A stretch of 64,000 nucleotides of DNA. Source: a virus. Below the pieces are notes generated by a model. The model worked only from the letters and a program-made list of their open reading frames with translations. It did not search any database and was not told the DNA's origin. The position numbers and the translations under genes are program-made. Shown in pieces: positions 56,901-63,439 of this stretch (its first letter is position 1; the number at the start of each line of letters is the position of its first letter). Where the stretch lies: positions 1-64,000 of IMG/VR virus record IMGVR_UViG_3300046008_000478, one strand, 5' to 3'.

Positions 56901-58219
56901 CCCAGTCAGAGATTGGACTTGGGGCGCACGTCTACATGGCAGACCTGGACGGCCTGTACAACCCGCACACCACCACCAAACCTATTGCCAAGTCCGGCAA
57001 TGCGCTCGAAACGGCTGTGCTGGATGCTGGATACAAGGGATATGTAAACCCAGAGCAGGGATCCATTGTGGTGCTGGACCAGGATGTTCCAGTGAGGTAC
57101 GCTGGCATTAGCTCGCAGCACGCCATTACTCCGCGCGTGGTGCAGCGGGTGCAGCAGCGCATCATGACTCGCCTGGAGCGCTCCGAGCTGGTGCGCAAGC
57201 CGGTCGGCAACGAGATGCTGCAAATCATCGGGGCACGCGCGGCCATCGATGCCGCGGCCCCATCGTTCAAGCTGCAGTATGGGGATGCCCGGGTAAATCA
57301 GGATGAATCTGCTGCGGCAGATGGCGCCCTGGCCTCCGCCGGGTCGACCTTTCAGTTTGGCGAGGCGCGCTACAGTGCCCGCGACCTGGGCTTCTACTCT
57401 GAGCTGTCAGCCCAAATGGACAAGGCCACCATGAAGCAGGCCCCGGCCGGAGCATGGAAGTCGTTCATCGGCGCCCTGGCCCAGAAGGGTGTAAAGAAGG
57501 ATGAGGTCGAGTGGACCGGCATCAATGACTTCCTGGATCTCCAGGAGGGCAAAGTGTCCAAGGAGCAGATCCAGGAATACCTGCGCGGCAATGGCGTACA
57601 GGTGGAGGAGGTTGTGCTCGGAGATGAGCCGGCAATCAAGACAGTTGAGGCTGCCAAGAAGTATCTGCTTGAAAGATTCAAGGAAGATCCGGAAGAGCGC
57701 TATGGGTACAGTGATGATGCGGACTACATCTCAATCGCCAATGAGTGGCAGCTTGGAGACACTGGCCCCAACAGCGTATCAAAGTACCACCAGTACACCC
57801 TGCCTGGTGGCGAGAACTACCGCGAGGTGTTGCTGACGCTGCCTCGTGAAGATGATAAGACCAAGTCCGCGAAGGCTGCATTTGAAGAAGCCAAAAAGAA
57901 ATTTGATACAGATGGGTCGCAGCCCAACTACTTCAATCTGAAGATGGCAGAGATGGATCTATCAAGCGCCCAGCGTAACGTTGGGGGAGCGTACAAATCA
58001 AGCCATTGGGACCAGAAGAACGTCCTTGCCCACATCCGCCTGAATGACCGCACCGATTCGACAGGAGCTCGCGTACTTTTTGTAGAAGAAGCGCAGAGCG
58101 ATTTTCAGCAGGACTACCGCAAGTCAAAAGAAGCAGTTTCCAAGGCTGTTGAAAGTGACTTCAATGGGATAATTGAGCGCATGAAAAAGGCTGGTGTTTT
58201 GGAGGTGAATTGTGATTAA
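47984..58219 (+). CDS. Giant polyvalent virion protein, N-terminal part (3411 aa)
   Basis: FlgJ/glucosaminidase muramidase, inorganic-pyrophosphatase-like, HExxH, GNAT-like, ADP-ribosyltransferase-like (VVYHGT) and other modules. Confidence 0.88.
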   Translation: MSILDNTAIEQQLLAMGEKKSAGDAPAAPRSDSAASGPQAFVQRYADLAATTGAKLGVAPEVLLGQWGLETGWGKSIIPGTNNLGNIKGKNGPMATDNQTGSRDSYRAYKDDADFGNGFTAFIGNSERYQGALNSGADAGAYFSALKKGGYAEDPAYVQKGVSATRLASQFLGGRALPAGQVSATEAPTEAPQYHWGAQDGPTRTVATKPASFAEKAADTAISLGSGLLGGAKSLTDVFGADNSASQFLGEQSKNVDGYTSDERKAERAASQEKIKQAELYGSAWDEIKANISAFADAPIDIVVGAVGSSAPTLLSMFIPGLGQTAAARLVMGGIMGAAQGTGAGKGSIYEAVENKLLESGIDQDTAKKTAAAAQAYDGQNGGMIAANGIMGTIAGLTGVEGSLAKILGKKVAEGAAEKAAPGLIKTFAKGIAQESPIEGAQGGLERVSGNVALQNQGYDTPTFQGAAGQAAMESLASAPMGGGFALLSRNGQPAGPITPPNPLEEAAKAPGAVLSRAAIAPDDIAQRAHEIEGELKDSGGMQALRSIGAQHVAPFLEALSIAKDKRLPAAARQEALDTINLGMQWMADGKTADQPGNGSPFSTSLVTQSAPTQPGTDLATTAGGALTNPGMPQAFDPNTIDGEVTRVDNMLDGPKALPAPPGPALTNQTTQTPAPAGVSTSAPQEITNVTQAPQSKQAAQEGQEAPAAATPAVDTARTQVSAPKVSIPTGKGTAQSRKRRAQLDAMVVSGFDTVERRDDGFYLINHKSNEEMRLDGMGDAQTARVAIKFKMDADSHVAPSSPLNDKKAPSEAQIEAGNYHKPVTSINGFKVRIENPNGSTRSGTSPDGKKWSSTMAAHYGELEGTLGADGDKVDVFIGSRPDSDKIYVIDQKNKDGSFDEHKVMMGYQSLEAAKAGYLANYEKGWTGMGAVTEMGVAEFKAWVKSQEALKPVAYTDPKTTGVENDERGSDAAGAGLDTQSEGITGVSSSTGEGVRNPASTKGAGSTGSSGATQLDGNEATVARNAELLARVRSAIEGLRARYQAQLSVASTDAERKKLLHEISRLPDVNDPSGELLQGYSNVASAWERAFGQSVGAYVDGRSSADDGFQMGSDALVNLLNQQMPLQWTMAHEFKHLSEFVPSLKKLYDRIFSLIPQGARSEYLSYLHRTGQASTKSLDAATAADIAKLRQEMVADFLGQRFTDKAWLEQLAKQKPNLFGEFVRDWLSILNNAIHELISALSKGNNPKDIDRLMLGHLKQLQEMKLLAVDVATEWAERNPRMSKSTGASEILHSSRIDSINELGNLNLDAMSIDEDLDMVEFLKAQAEFDAQRPAAKVDPKRGGPVQPRADIADAEIQAHGLAAEDAYGDATWVHTHKSAVMLNTTARNLYKQGDESRIDLLQEQDGKWGTEGGIRGTWVGNDGMSTGGTTSLKMAQKFVSRFIASKDLFARKFDIAQTYSSASRANLLNAWNALNKMDGVRKYAKADKTAMSMKDIATQLGVTKFYDVSTFTERQSPTESFLMVEFTNKETSETQEANLTIEKDGDQRFATAHTGALNRNGLGGAFYQMAVEYAARNRLVIRPDDSLSGVNTYRRTEQMLASAMRSGKSNIMVPHSVQRVYGFQNDAKTQDEHDDNVVRLLLAGLRNARELAPEMGLLNYHPETDTFTLKNGKDATGIVDRMLANEDARAFGLGRSTLARAVLTEMALLGQLDVKSIQSIGTPLLYSAREDAELEYKLVEDQYKGTPQWMKAPDGSQTQLTQRQWVQVRTPQFKEWFGDWEKAHATGGVWATKEDVSKVVGSDGEPLVVYHGTDKGGFMAFNQPGGTKRGDLGVFTTSNEGMARSYVRKGRPQDMTPPVGLGDLEEIGYAFEQGFRIDGDFYDSEEEARDAAQEGDVIAPAVRAMDIDGYFIDGPRETGHFFATMDDAVEEALGLYDGATGISTIYAAFANIRHPNETNFEGALWGGERPEQYVVSIDGDLQSRADGKQYFTREEAEAFAKEHPNPLYQDDDGSDYIEPAQDHYQTTDDAVREGLKHGHDGTIIREVIDDGGGIGYDDMPSDVFVANKPEQLKSADWNTGEFGSSDDLRYSERLIEASSAQHQMEIEREEREIAATTRLSAAEQSSIAIEAELIGIPKSKLELEVRRIKAQFPASAGWAPMEFDKINKAEYAKRGVLIMRTVEFKKQPYDFHLGRDGKDDTSTHNKRVTSVAKGISDEIIGLSNKAKQGDKNAQITMDQIGWYSKVAAMLHHQFGGFADFLAQLMGPTSANTPVEGNVKYAMSALKSAMSGKWDGLIADTIRWNEGVMQAAAGLDAVIDANRAKPKAERLTGKALAQTVEFKDAMAVVAAAAPYQGEVPQQDSGAKFGMATQGVVEILAGIWSDFQRGDAPKTKNYYQNLIGRQFTGATIDVWAARTLRRMAGLLRLPTSAEKGVAGNIGAKLTPGAEFGFGQEAFVKAAENLRNSGIEEFANTTPADVQAMIWFSEKESWARSNWTTKIGEGGSAEAEFNLQGNADRDGLEDARRMARKGLPHTGSTKPNKTEEGAQQASINAGVGQFPSARETPQYKERLAKIIAKAVRARNEARVQFESMRGAADRWIAGVTPATDFTPTDATMAEVGAELESKVAMGEDAHKVLAFKALPTMGRYGYDERSIDFEGVTRQGYNGVDMLKPLLELAKDKAQDGLLFGRVLRADEDIDYLRHRPGLELYLAKGTTMEKAQPLLDKLTELGFQQFTFVVDPVRTPGALSGKMGDVVGLRYIFTPEFALREPNPEYGGDQTWAPGALTDDQIRGRMLAKADELHGLSDDLQMIAGVSSVERRHYEANVYFWGDYDNAIARLGARAGNSDSEKSWSGQPLRSGLEGADRRREMDSGSEDAKSFAARRDVLRGDSEPAFSRRDEGYSGRDGADGSVSIKGAVHYGRQAGLSVLSGSSSGTGIKGAEQDRLSAPGVDPRIKRRVYFYIPTSVGIPQSEIGLGAHVYMADLDGLYNPHTTTKPIAKSGNALETAVLDAGYKGYVNPEQGSIVVLDQDVPVRYAGISSQHAITPRVVQRVQQRIMTRLERSELVRKPVGNEMLQIIGARAAIDAAAPSFKLQYGDARVNQDESAAADGALASAGSTFQFGEARYSARDLGFYSELSAQMDKATMKQAPAGAWKSFIGALAQKGVKKDEVEWTGINDFLDLQEGKVSKEQIQEYLRGNGVQVEEVVLGDEPAIKTVEAAKKYLLERFKEDPEERYGYSDDADYISIANEWQLGDTGPNSVSKYHQYTLPGGENYREVLLTLPREDDKTKSAKAAFEEAKKKFDTDGSQPNYFNLKMAEMDLSSAQRNVGGAYKSSHWDQKNVLAHIRLNDRTDSTGARVLFVEEAQSDFQQDYRKSKEAVSKAVESDFNGIIERMKKAGVLEVNCD
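50877..51071 (+). CDS. Candidate nested +1-frame small protein
   Basis: AGGGG SD 7 nt before ATG; globular helical sequence while main frame is S/G/T linker. Confidence 0.45.
   Translation: MTNEDLTQQALDWIRNRKESLESAAALEKECGIQLRQRGLDPLDLPEPLSSMVMKLLSQETQSS
56487..56771 (+). CDS. Candidate nested +1-frame small protein
   Basis: GGGGTGA before ATG; MTTQLQDLERGLEI...HGADSPYAQGLRAQIAA; main frame R/G/S/D linker. Confidence 0.45.
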   Translation: MTTQLQDLERGLEIVTRKNHGADSPYAQGLRAQIAAAKWTQAQKTQSPSQLEETYFGGTRSQPSAAGTRDIADGMERMARSRLKELSTTDGKQA

Positions 58220-58892
58220 AAAGTTCTTTGTCTACCAGCACAAAACAGCAGACACCTTGACGGTTTTCTATATTGGGAAAGGGTCGCTAAAAAAAGGTGG
58301 CTTTGATAGGGCGTATGTTTCAAAGAAGCGCAGTAAATTCTGGCAGGCCATTGTTGCAAAGCATGGTCTTGTTGTTGAAATTCTTGATTCATTCGACACA
58401 GAGCAAGAGGCTTTTGAATCAGAGCGCCAGTTAATCTCCTTGCACAAGCGCCGATCTGACGGAGGGACATTGTGCAATATGACTCTCGGCGGAGATGGTC
58501 ACTTGGGATTAACAGCATCGCCAGAAGCAAGGGCCAAACTTAGCGCCGCATTGTCTGGCGAGAAGCATCCGAACTGGGGCAAGAAACTATCAGCAGAAAC
58601 GTGCCGCAGAAAGTCCGAGTCGCTAAAGGCCAGTCCCCACAATCTCAAGGGAAAGAAGTTGCCTGATTGGTGGAAGTCTCGTATTGCTGCAACGAAGGTT
58701 GGCGAACTCAATCCTATGTATGGCAAGACCGGGTCTGCGAATCCAAACAGTCGCAAGGTGCGCGATGCTGGAACTGGCCGCATTTATGACAGTGTTCTTA
58801 TTGCAGCTGATGCCAATGGCTACAAAATGAAAACACTTTACAACTGGCTATCAGGTCACCGACCAAACCCAACCTCACTGGAGTTCGCATAA
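58212..58892 (+). CDS. GIY-YIG homing endonuclease with NUMOD3-like repeats
   Basis: FVYQH...VFYIGKG...RA...E..LI...LCN.T.GGDG; GEKHPNWGKK, GELNPMYGK. Confidence 0.88.
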   Translation: MIKKFFVYQHKTADTLTVFYIGKGSLKKGGFDRAYVSKKRSKFWQAIVAKHGLVVEILDSFDTEQEAFESERQLISLHKRRSDGGTLCNMTLGGDGHLGLTASPEARAKLSAALSGEKHPNWGKKLSAETCRRKSESLKASPHNLKGKKLPDWWKSRIAATKVGELNPMYGKTGSANPNSRKVRDAGTGRIYDSVLIAADANGYKMKTLYNWLSGHRPNPTSLEFA

Positions 58893-59947
58893 TGGCCTGC
58901 CAATACACCTACAAAGGAAGCACCTATGAAGCGTGGGAGTTTGAGGACGTCTTAAAGGCAATGTCACCATCTGAGGCCTCCGCCTTCATTCCTGGAGTGA
59001 AGTCAGTTCCAGATGCTCCATTCACCCAGAACACGCAAGGCTGGCTGAACCTGGCACTCAAGCGCGTCATGAAGCTGGCGGTGGATGGAGGCTACGACAA
59101 GGTGGCATTCGTGAATGGCGAGCAGTCTGCGGATCGGTACAGCCTATCTAAGTCCGTCGCAAAAGTTGATTGGTACAAAGCGCAAAGCGAGTACGGCACA
59201 AGGATTGTCGAGATCGAAACCACGGCGGATGATACGGCCATGCTGTATGTTGATGATGCCGGATTGATTGTTAGGGTTGGCTCGCGTACCGCCGCCTTGA
59301 AGCAGCTTCAGGGTCGCCAGCTAGACGAGGCGCTCGGAAAGGACTTTGCTAACAAGGTCTTGTCAGAAGACGATGGCAGCTCCAGCGGGGATGGACTGAA
59401 CATCGGCGGCGAAGGCATGAAGACCTTCTACAACTCCATCGTGCCCAATGCCGCCAAGGCCTTACTGAAGAAGCTGGGTGGCGGGCAGATGGAGTTCGTC
59501 AAAGGCATGACGGCCGACAAGCAAGGCTGGCACATCACCGACCCATCCAACACCACCACCGGTAAGTGGATGCTCAAGAGCAGCGACTACAACTCAAAAG
59601 GTTTGCACTTTGACACTGAAGCCGCGGCCAAGGAGGCGCTTGCAGAAAAGCAAGTGAAGCTCAGTCAGCCAGGATTCACCATCACCGACGCCATGCGCGA
59701 GAAGGTGGGCAACGGAATGCCACTGTTCAGCATGCGTGACACCCAGGCGCTGGATGCGGAGCAAGCCCACCAGGACGACGCTCCGGCTACTCCAAAGGCC
59801 AGGAAGTACGCCGGCGCCAAGGTGGACATCCAGGTGAAAATTGAGGACACGGGCGAGGTGGCAACCCTTAGAATGGATGTACACCAAACGATTGACGACT
59901 TTGATAGCCGTCAAGCAAACATGCAGACGCTGCTGGATTGCCTGTAA
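58892..59947 (+). CDS. Giant polyvalent protein, C-terminal continuation
   Basis: VPDAPF...W..LALKRV...A...GYDKVAF.NGEQ.ADRY, GMKTFY..IVP, F.ITD.MREKV..G.PLFS. Confidence 0.8.
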   Translation: MACQYTYKGSTYEAWEFEDVLKAMSPSEASAFIPGVKSVPDAPFTQNTQGWLNLALKRVMKLAVDGGYDKVAFVNGEQSADRYSLSKSVAKVDWYKAQSEYGTRIVEIETTADDTAMLYVDDAGLIVRVGSRTAALKQLQGRQLDEALGKDFANKVLSEDDGSSSGDGLNIGGEGMKTFYNSIVPNAAKALLKKLGGGQMEFVKGMTADKQGWHITDPSNTTTGKWMLKSSDYNSKGLHFDTEAAAKEALAEKQVKLSQPGFTITDAMREKVGNGMPLFSMRDTQALDAEQAHQDDAPATPKARKYAGAKVDIQVKIEDTGEVATLRMDVHQTIDDFDSRQANMQTLLDCL

Positions 59948-60396
59948 TGAAAATTGTCAAGTCGACCGAAGACCTCAAGCGCATGGCCCTCGCCCGGGGT
60001 GCTAGCGCCAGCTTCGGCGGTGCAAAGTTCAACAGCACCGAGGACCGGGTGAGCTCCAGGCCCATCAAGCCTGAGCCCAAACCAGAGCCTGCCCCAGAGC
60101 CACCCAAGGAAAAGCCGCCAGAGCCACGCATTGAGCAACCCAAGGCAGTTGACCTGGCGCCCATCGTTCAGGCTGCTGTGGATGCTATGGCGGCCAGCGT
60201 GAGCGACATTGCCAAGGACAACGCCCGGGTGATGCAGGAAGTCATGAAGGCGGTGGAGCGAATAACTGCAGCGCCTCCCGCAGCCACGACCATCACCTCT
60301 ACCGTGCCAGAGATGACGGCCAAAGCCTGGCAGCTCAAAGTGAATCGCGATACCCGCGGGTTCATGGACACAGTCGATATCAAACAAATCGGATAA
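59947..60396 (+). CDS. Hypothetical protein
   Basis: TAATG-coupled; Pro-rich linker; W.L.VNRD..G. Confidence 0.6.
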   Translation: MKIVKSTEDLKRMALARGASASFGGAKFNSTEDRVSSRPIKPEPKPEPAPEPPKEKPPEPRIEQPKAVDLAPIVQAAVDAMAASVSDIAKDNARVMQEVMKAVERITAAPPAATTITSTVPEMTAKAWQLKVNRDTRGFMDTVDIKQIG

Positions 60397-60405
60397 GGAG
60401 CAACC

Positions 60406-60615
60406 ATGCAAACAGTTTCCGGGTCACTGACCCTACTCAACGCCCACACGGACGCACCACAGGTTTACTGGAATGGAGCCAAGGTCGAAGGCATCACCGC
60501 CATCGCCATTGCAAACGGCGGGGGAATGCATCGTGTTGTACTGACCCTGCCCGAAGACCCAATCCTTGCTGAGATGCAAGCGGCTGGTATCACCATCAAA
60601 CGGAGTGCAGTATGA
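60406..60615 (+). CDS. Hypothetical protein
   Basis: TAAGGAG RBS. Confidence 0.6.
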   Translation: MQTVSGSLTLLNAHTDAPQVYWNGAKVEGITAIAIANGGGMHRVVLTLPEDPILAEMQAAGITIKRSAV

Positions 60616-60842
60616 GCGGCGAATTCCTTTTCATCCTGCCTACGGGCTGGGAGCAGATTGTTCCTGCGGACGTTGACATGATTGAAGGCGGCTTGTCTAC
60701 CTGTCGCGCTCACATCAGCGGCGGTCAGATGGGTGACTTGACCGCCTTGTTCATTGCCAGTGGACGCTTCACGGCCCCTACCTACATTGACGAGGCCAAG
60801 CTGCTGAATGACGATATTCTGGTTGTGCATACGGTGACGTAA
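60612..60842 (+). CDS. Hypothetical protein
   Basis: ATGA-coupled, GGAG RBS. Confidence 0.55.
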   Translation: MSGEFLFILPTGWEQIVPADVDMIEGGLSTCRAHISGGQMGDLTALFIASGRFTAPTYIDEAKLLNDDILVVHTVT

Positions 60843-60845
60843 TCA

Positions 60846-63431
60846 GTGACTGCCTACACGATCAGCAACGGGGGGCTCAATTACTTTGATGCCCAAACTG
60901 CCCCAAGCCTTAACGCGACATTAGACACCTACACAATTTCTGCGGGTAGTACCCTTGTTTGTCGCACCGATACCTACGCCTGCGCCAATCACTCGATAGC
61001 GGGTGGTTCGCTGGACACGGTGACATTCACCGGGCAGGGTGGCGAACTTCGCTTTGACCCCACCTATGTGCGCGAGATTGACTACACAGGCGGTAGCGGT
61101 AACTCGCCCGCCTACGGTGCGGCAGTCAGCCAAGGCGGTGTAAGCGGTGTGTTCTTGGGGTGCTGGGCCAACTGGCAGAGCGACCCCGCTGTGGCTGGTG
61201 TAGCCATTCCAGCTACCGGAAAAATGAAGATTGGCGGAGTGACTGGCGGGGCTTTTGCTGCCGGTGCGCTGACGGGCATCGCCGCAACTTGCTCCGGTGC
61301 AGACAAGCAATCGTGGATCGAAATCAAAGGCCCCGACACAGCCACCATCACAGTGCCGCGTATCGGCAAGGTCACCAGTGTTGAGGCGTGGTACGAGCTT
61401 GGCACCACCACTGGTGTGCGCGGTCAGATCATCCCTTGCCCCACCACCGTCACGGTTGCAGGCGTTTGGCCGGGTGTGTGGATTGAGACTGCGGCAGGCT
61501 CTGGGGTCTATGACCGCTATGCCGGTGTGGGTTCGCAGGCTGCTTTGGCGACTACCCGCACCACGGCTGAAATGAAGATCATTTGGCAGACCACCGCAGG
61601 CATTCGTATTGGCAACGATGGCACTAACGGTGTCGGCTACCTGCCTGTCACGGGCTGCAAGGTGCGCATTCCAGCCACTATCCTGACCAACTGCACCCGC
61701 GTGGTGGGTGGATCAGGGCCAAGGGTGCTACCCAATGCCACGATTGCCACACGGCAGGAGCTGGTGACTACCGGAGCGGGTTACTTTGATCTGCGCAATC
61801 TGGTGTGCCAGTGGTACATGAACTTCAGCCAACCGTTCTATGTCAAGTATTTGAACTGCGCGGTATCGGATTCGATGATCTTGTCGGAGGTGGCATCACC
61901 GCTGGATGTGGACAACTGCATCGTGGGTGTGACTCAGGCACAGAGCAACTTCGCCCTGAATGTGGCTTCATGCTTCGCTGGCGGGGCTATCAAGAACAGC
62001 CTGTTTGGTCGGTTTGCAATGGCGGCATCGGGCAACTACGTGGCTTCGTTGGCCTACATCACTGGTGTGGCTTTCAGCAGCAACACACTGTTGTCTGCTA
62101 CCTTGCGCGGCAATGCCAGCACGGGTGTAATTAACTCAACCCAGTTGGTGAACTGCACGTTTACCAACGAGACTTGGATTGGTGGACGCGGTTACTTCGT
62201 TGGCCCGCAGCGTTGTACCTTCAACAACACGACATACTACGACCACACGATAACCACCACGACAACGGCGACCAACCCAATGTACGCGCTGGACTTCGCC
62301 ATCGGAGGCTCTGGTAATGTGGTGAACGGTTTTGCAATGCCGCAACCCAACTTCGGCCCATACAGCGGCTTGGTGTCAGTCAATGCTTGCTACACCACGC
62401 TGATCAAGAACATCGGCACGGACTACGACACGCCGCTGGTGATGAATGCTGCGGTGACAGGCGTAGGTGTAAACGGTGTTGGTAACAATGACGGCATCAC
62501 GATCAAACGGATGTACCTGAGCAACACCCGGTCAGGGCCGTATGCGTTCGTCAACTCGGACACCAATGTGCTGATTGAGAACATTTCAGGCGATGCGGCT
62601 GACACTTCAGTGGTGGCTGGATTGAACGTGCTGGTGAAGAATGCACAGCTCACCGGAGCAACAACGGGTCAAGTGTCGGTCTATGGGTCACACTGGCTGA
62701 CACGCTACACCAGCGCCACGGCTGGTTTCACGGAGATTCTGTGCAATGAGCCAACCAGCTCCAGTGCAGCGCAGTGCTTTGCATCCGGTGGATTGCCACA
62801 GTTCAACTCCAGCGGATCGGTGCTGCTGACCAAGGTGGGCGACTCGGTGACTTGGGAAATGCCGTTCTTCGCAGTGGGCTACACCGCGTTCACCAACGGC
62901 GCACCCACTATTACCGGCACGAACGTGACCTTTGGCACACGATGGGGAAATCACGACATTGAATTCCAAGTGGACACCGGCACAGGCTACGGTGGCACAT
63001 GGCTGAACCTGACTGCTGCCAACCTGATTACCAAGACGTTCACCAGTACGGCAGGTTTCAAGCTCAAGGTGCGAGCCACTTGTGCGATTGCTGCGGCCAC
63101 CAACGTCATTACGAATATGCGCGTAGCCATGACCACCACGGCCAGTGCCCGCAAGGGGACGCTGTACCCGCTGTCGGTCAACACCATCACGTTCACAGGC
63201 TTACCCACTGGCACGGATGCAGTGGTGCTGACTGCTGGGACTTCTACGGTGCTGGCAAGTGTGGATGCAGGAGTAGGCACCACGTTCAGCTACCAGTACG
63301 AGGGAACACCAACCGTGGATGTTGGCTTTATTCAACCCGGCTATGTACCTCTGTACATCCGGGGACTTGCACTCACCAGTGTGGATTCGTCCATCCCTGT
63401 ATCGCTTTCAATTGACAGAAATTACGTCTAG
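60846..63431 (+). CDS. Large beta-rich virion protein (spike-like, possible beta-helix)
   Basis: 861 aa T/G/N/V-rich; C-terminal IPV....DRNY. Confidence 0.7.
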   Translation: MTAYTISNGGLNYFDAQTAPSLNATLDTYTISAGSTLVCRTDTYACANHSIAGGSLDTVTFTGQGGELRFDPTYVREIDYTGGSGNSPAYGAAVSQGGVSGVFLGCWANWQSDPAVAGVAIPATGKMKIGGVTGGAFAAGALTGIAATCSGADKQSWIEIKGPDTATITVPRIGKVTSVEAWYELGTTTGVRGQIIPCPTTVTVAGVWPGVWIETAAGSGVYDRYAGVGSQAALATTRTTAEMKIIWQTTAGIRIGNDGTNGVGYLPVTGCKVRIPATILTNCTRVVGGSGPRVLPNATIATRQELVTTGAGYFDLRNLVCQWYMNFSQPFYVKYLNCAVSDSMILSEVASPLDVDNCIVGVTQAQSNFALNVASCFAGGAIKNSLFGRFAMAASGNYVASLAYITGVAFSSNTLLSATLRGNASTGVINSTQLVNCTFTNETWIGGRGYFVGPQRCTFNNTTYYDHTITTTTTATNPMYALDFAIGGSGNVVNGFAMPQPNFGPYSGLVSVNACYTTLIKNIGTDYDTPLVMNAAVTGVGVNGVGNNDGITIKRMYLSNTRSGPYAFVNSDTNVLIENISGDAADTSVVAGLNVLVKNAQLTGATTGQVSVYGSHWLTRYTSATAGFTEILCNEPTSSSAAQCFASGGLPQFNSSGSVLLTKVGDSVTWEMPFFAVGYTAFTNGAPTITGTNVTFGTRWGNHDIEFQVDTGTGYGGTWLNLTAANLITKTFTSTAGFKLKVRATCAIAAATNVITNMRVAMTTTASARKGTLYPLSVNTITFTGLPTGTDAVVLTAGTSTVLASVDAGVGTTFSYQYEGTPTVDVGFIQPGYVPLYIRGLALTSVDSSIPVSLSIDRNYV

Positions 63432-63439
63432 GAATCATC

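Noticed and set aside
58100-59000. Group I intron or split intein around the GIY-YIG gene
   Set aside because: ORFs overlap on both sides leaving no separate RNA core; no intein block motifs or HN-C/S/T junction; added segments too short
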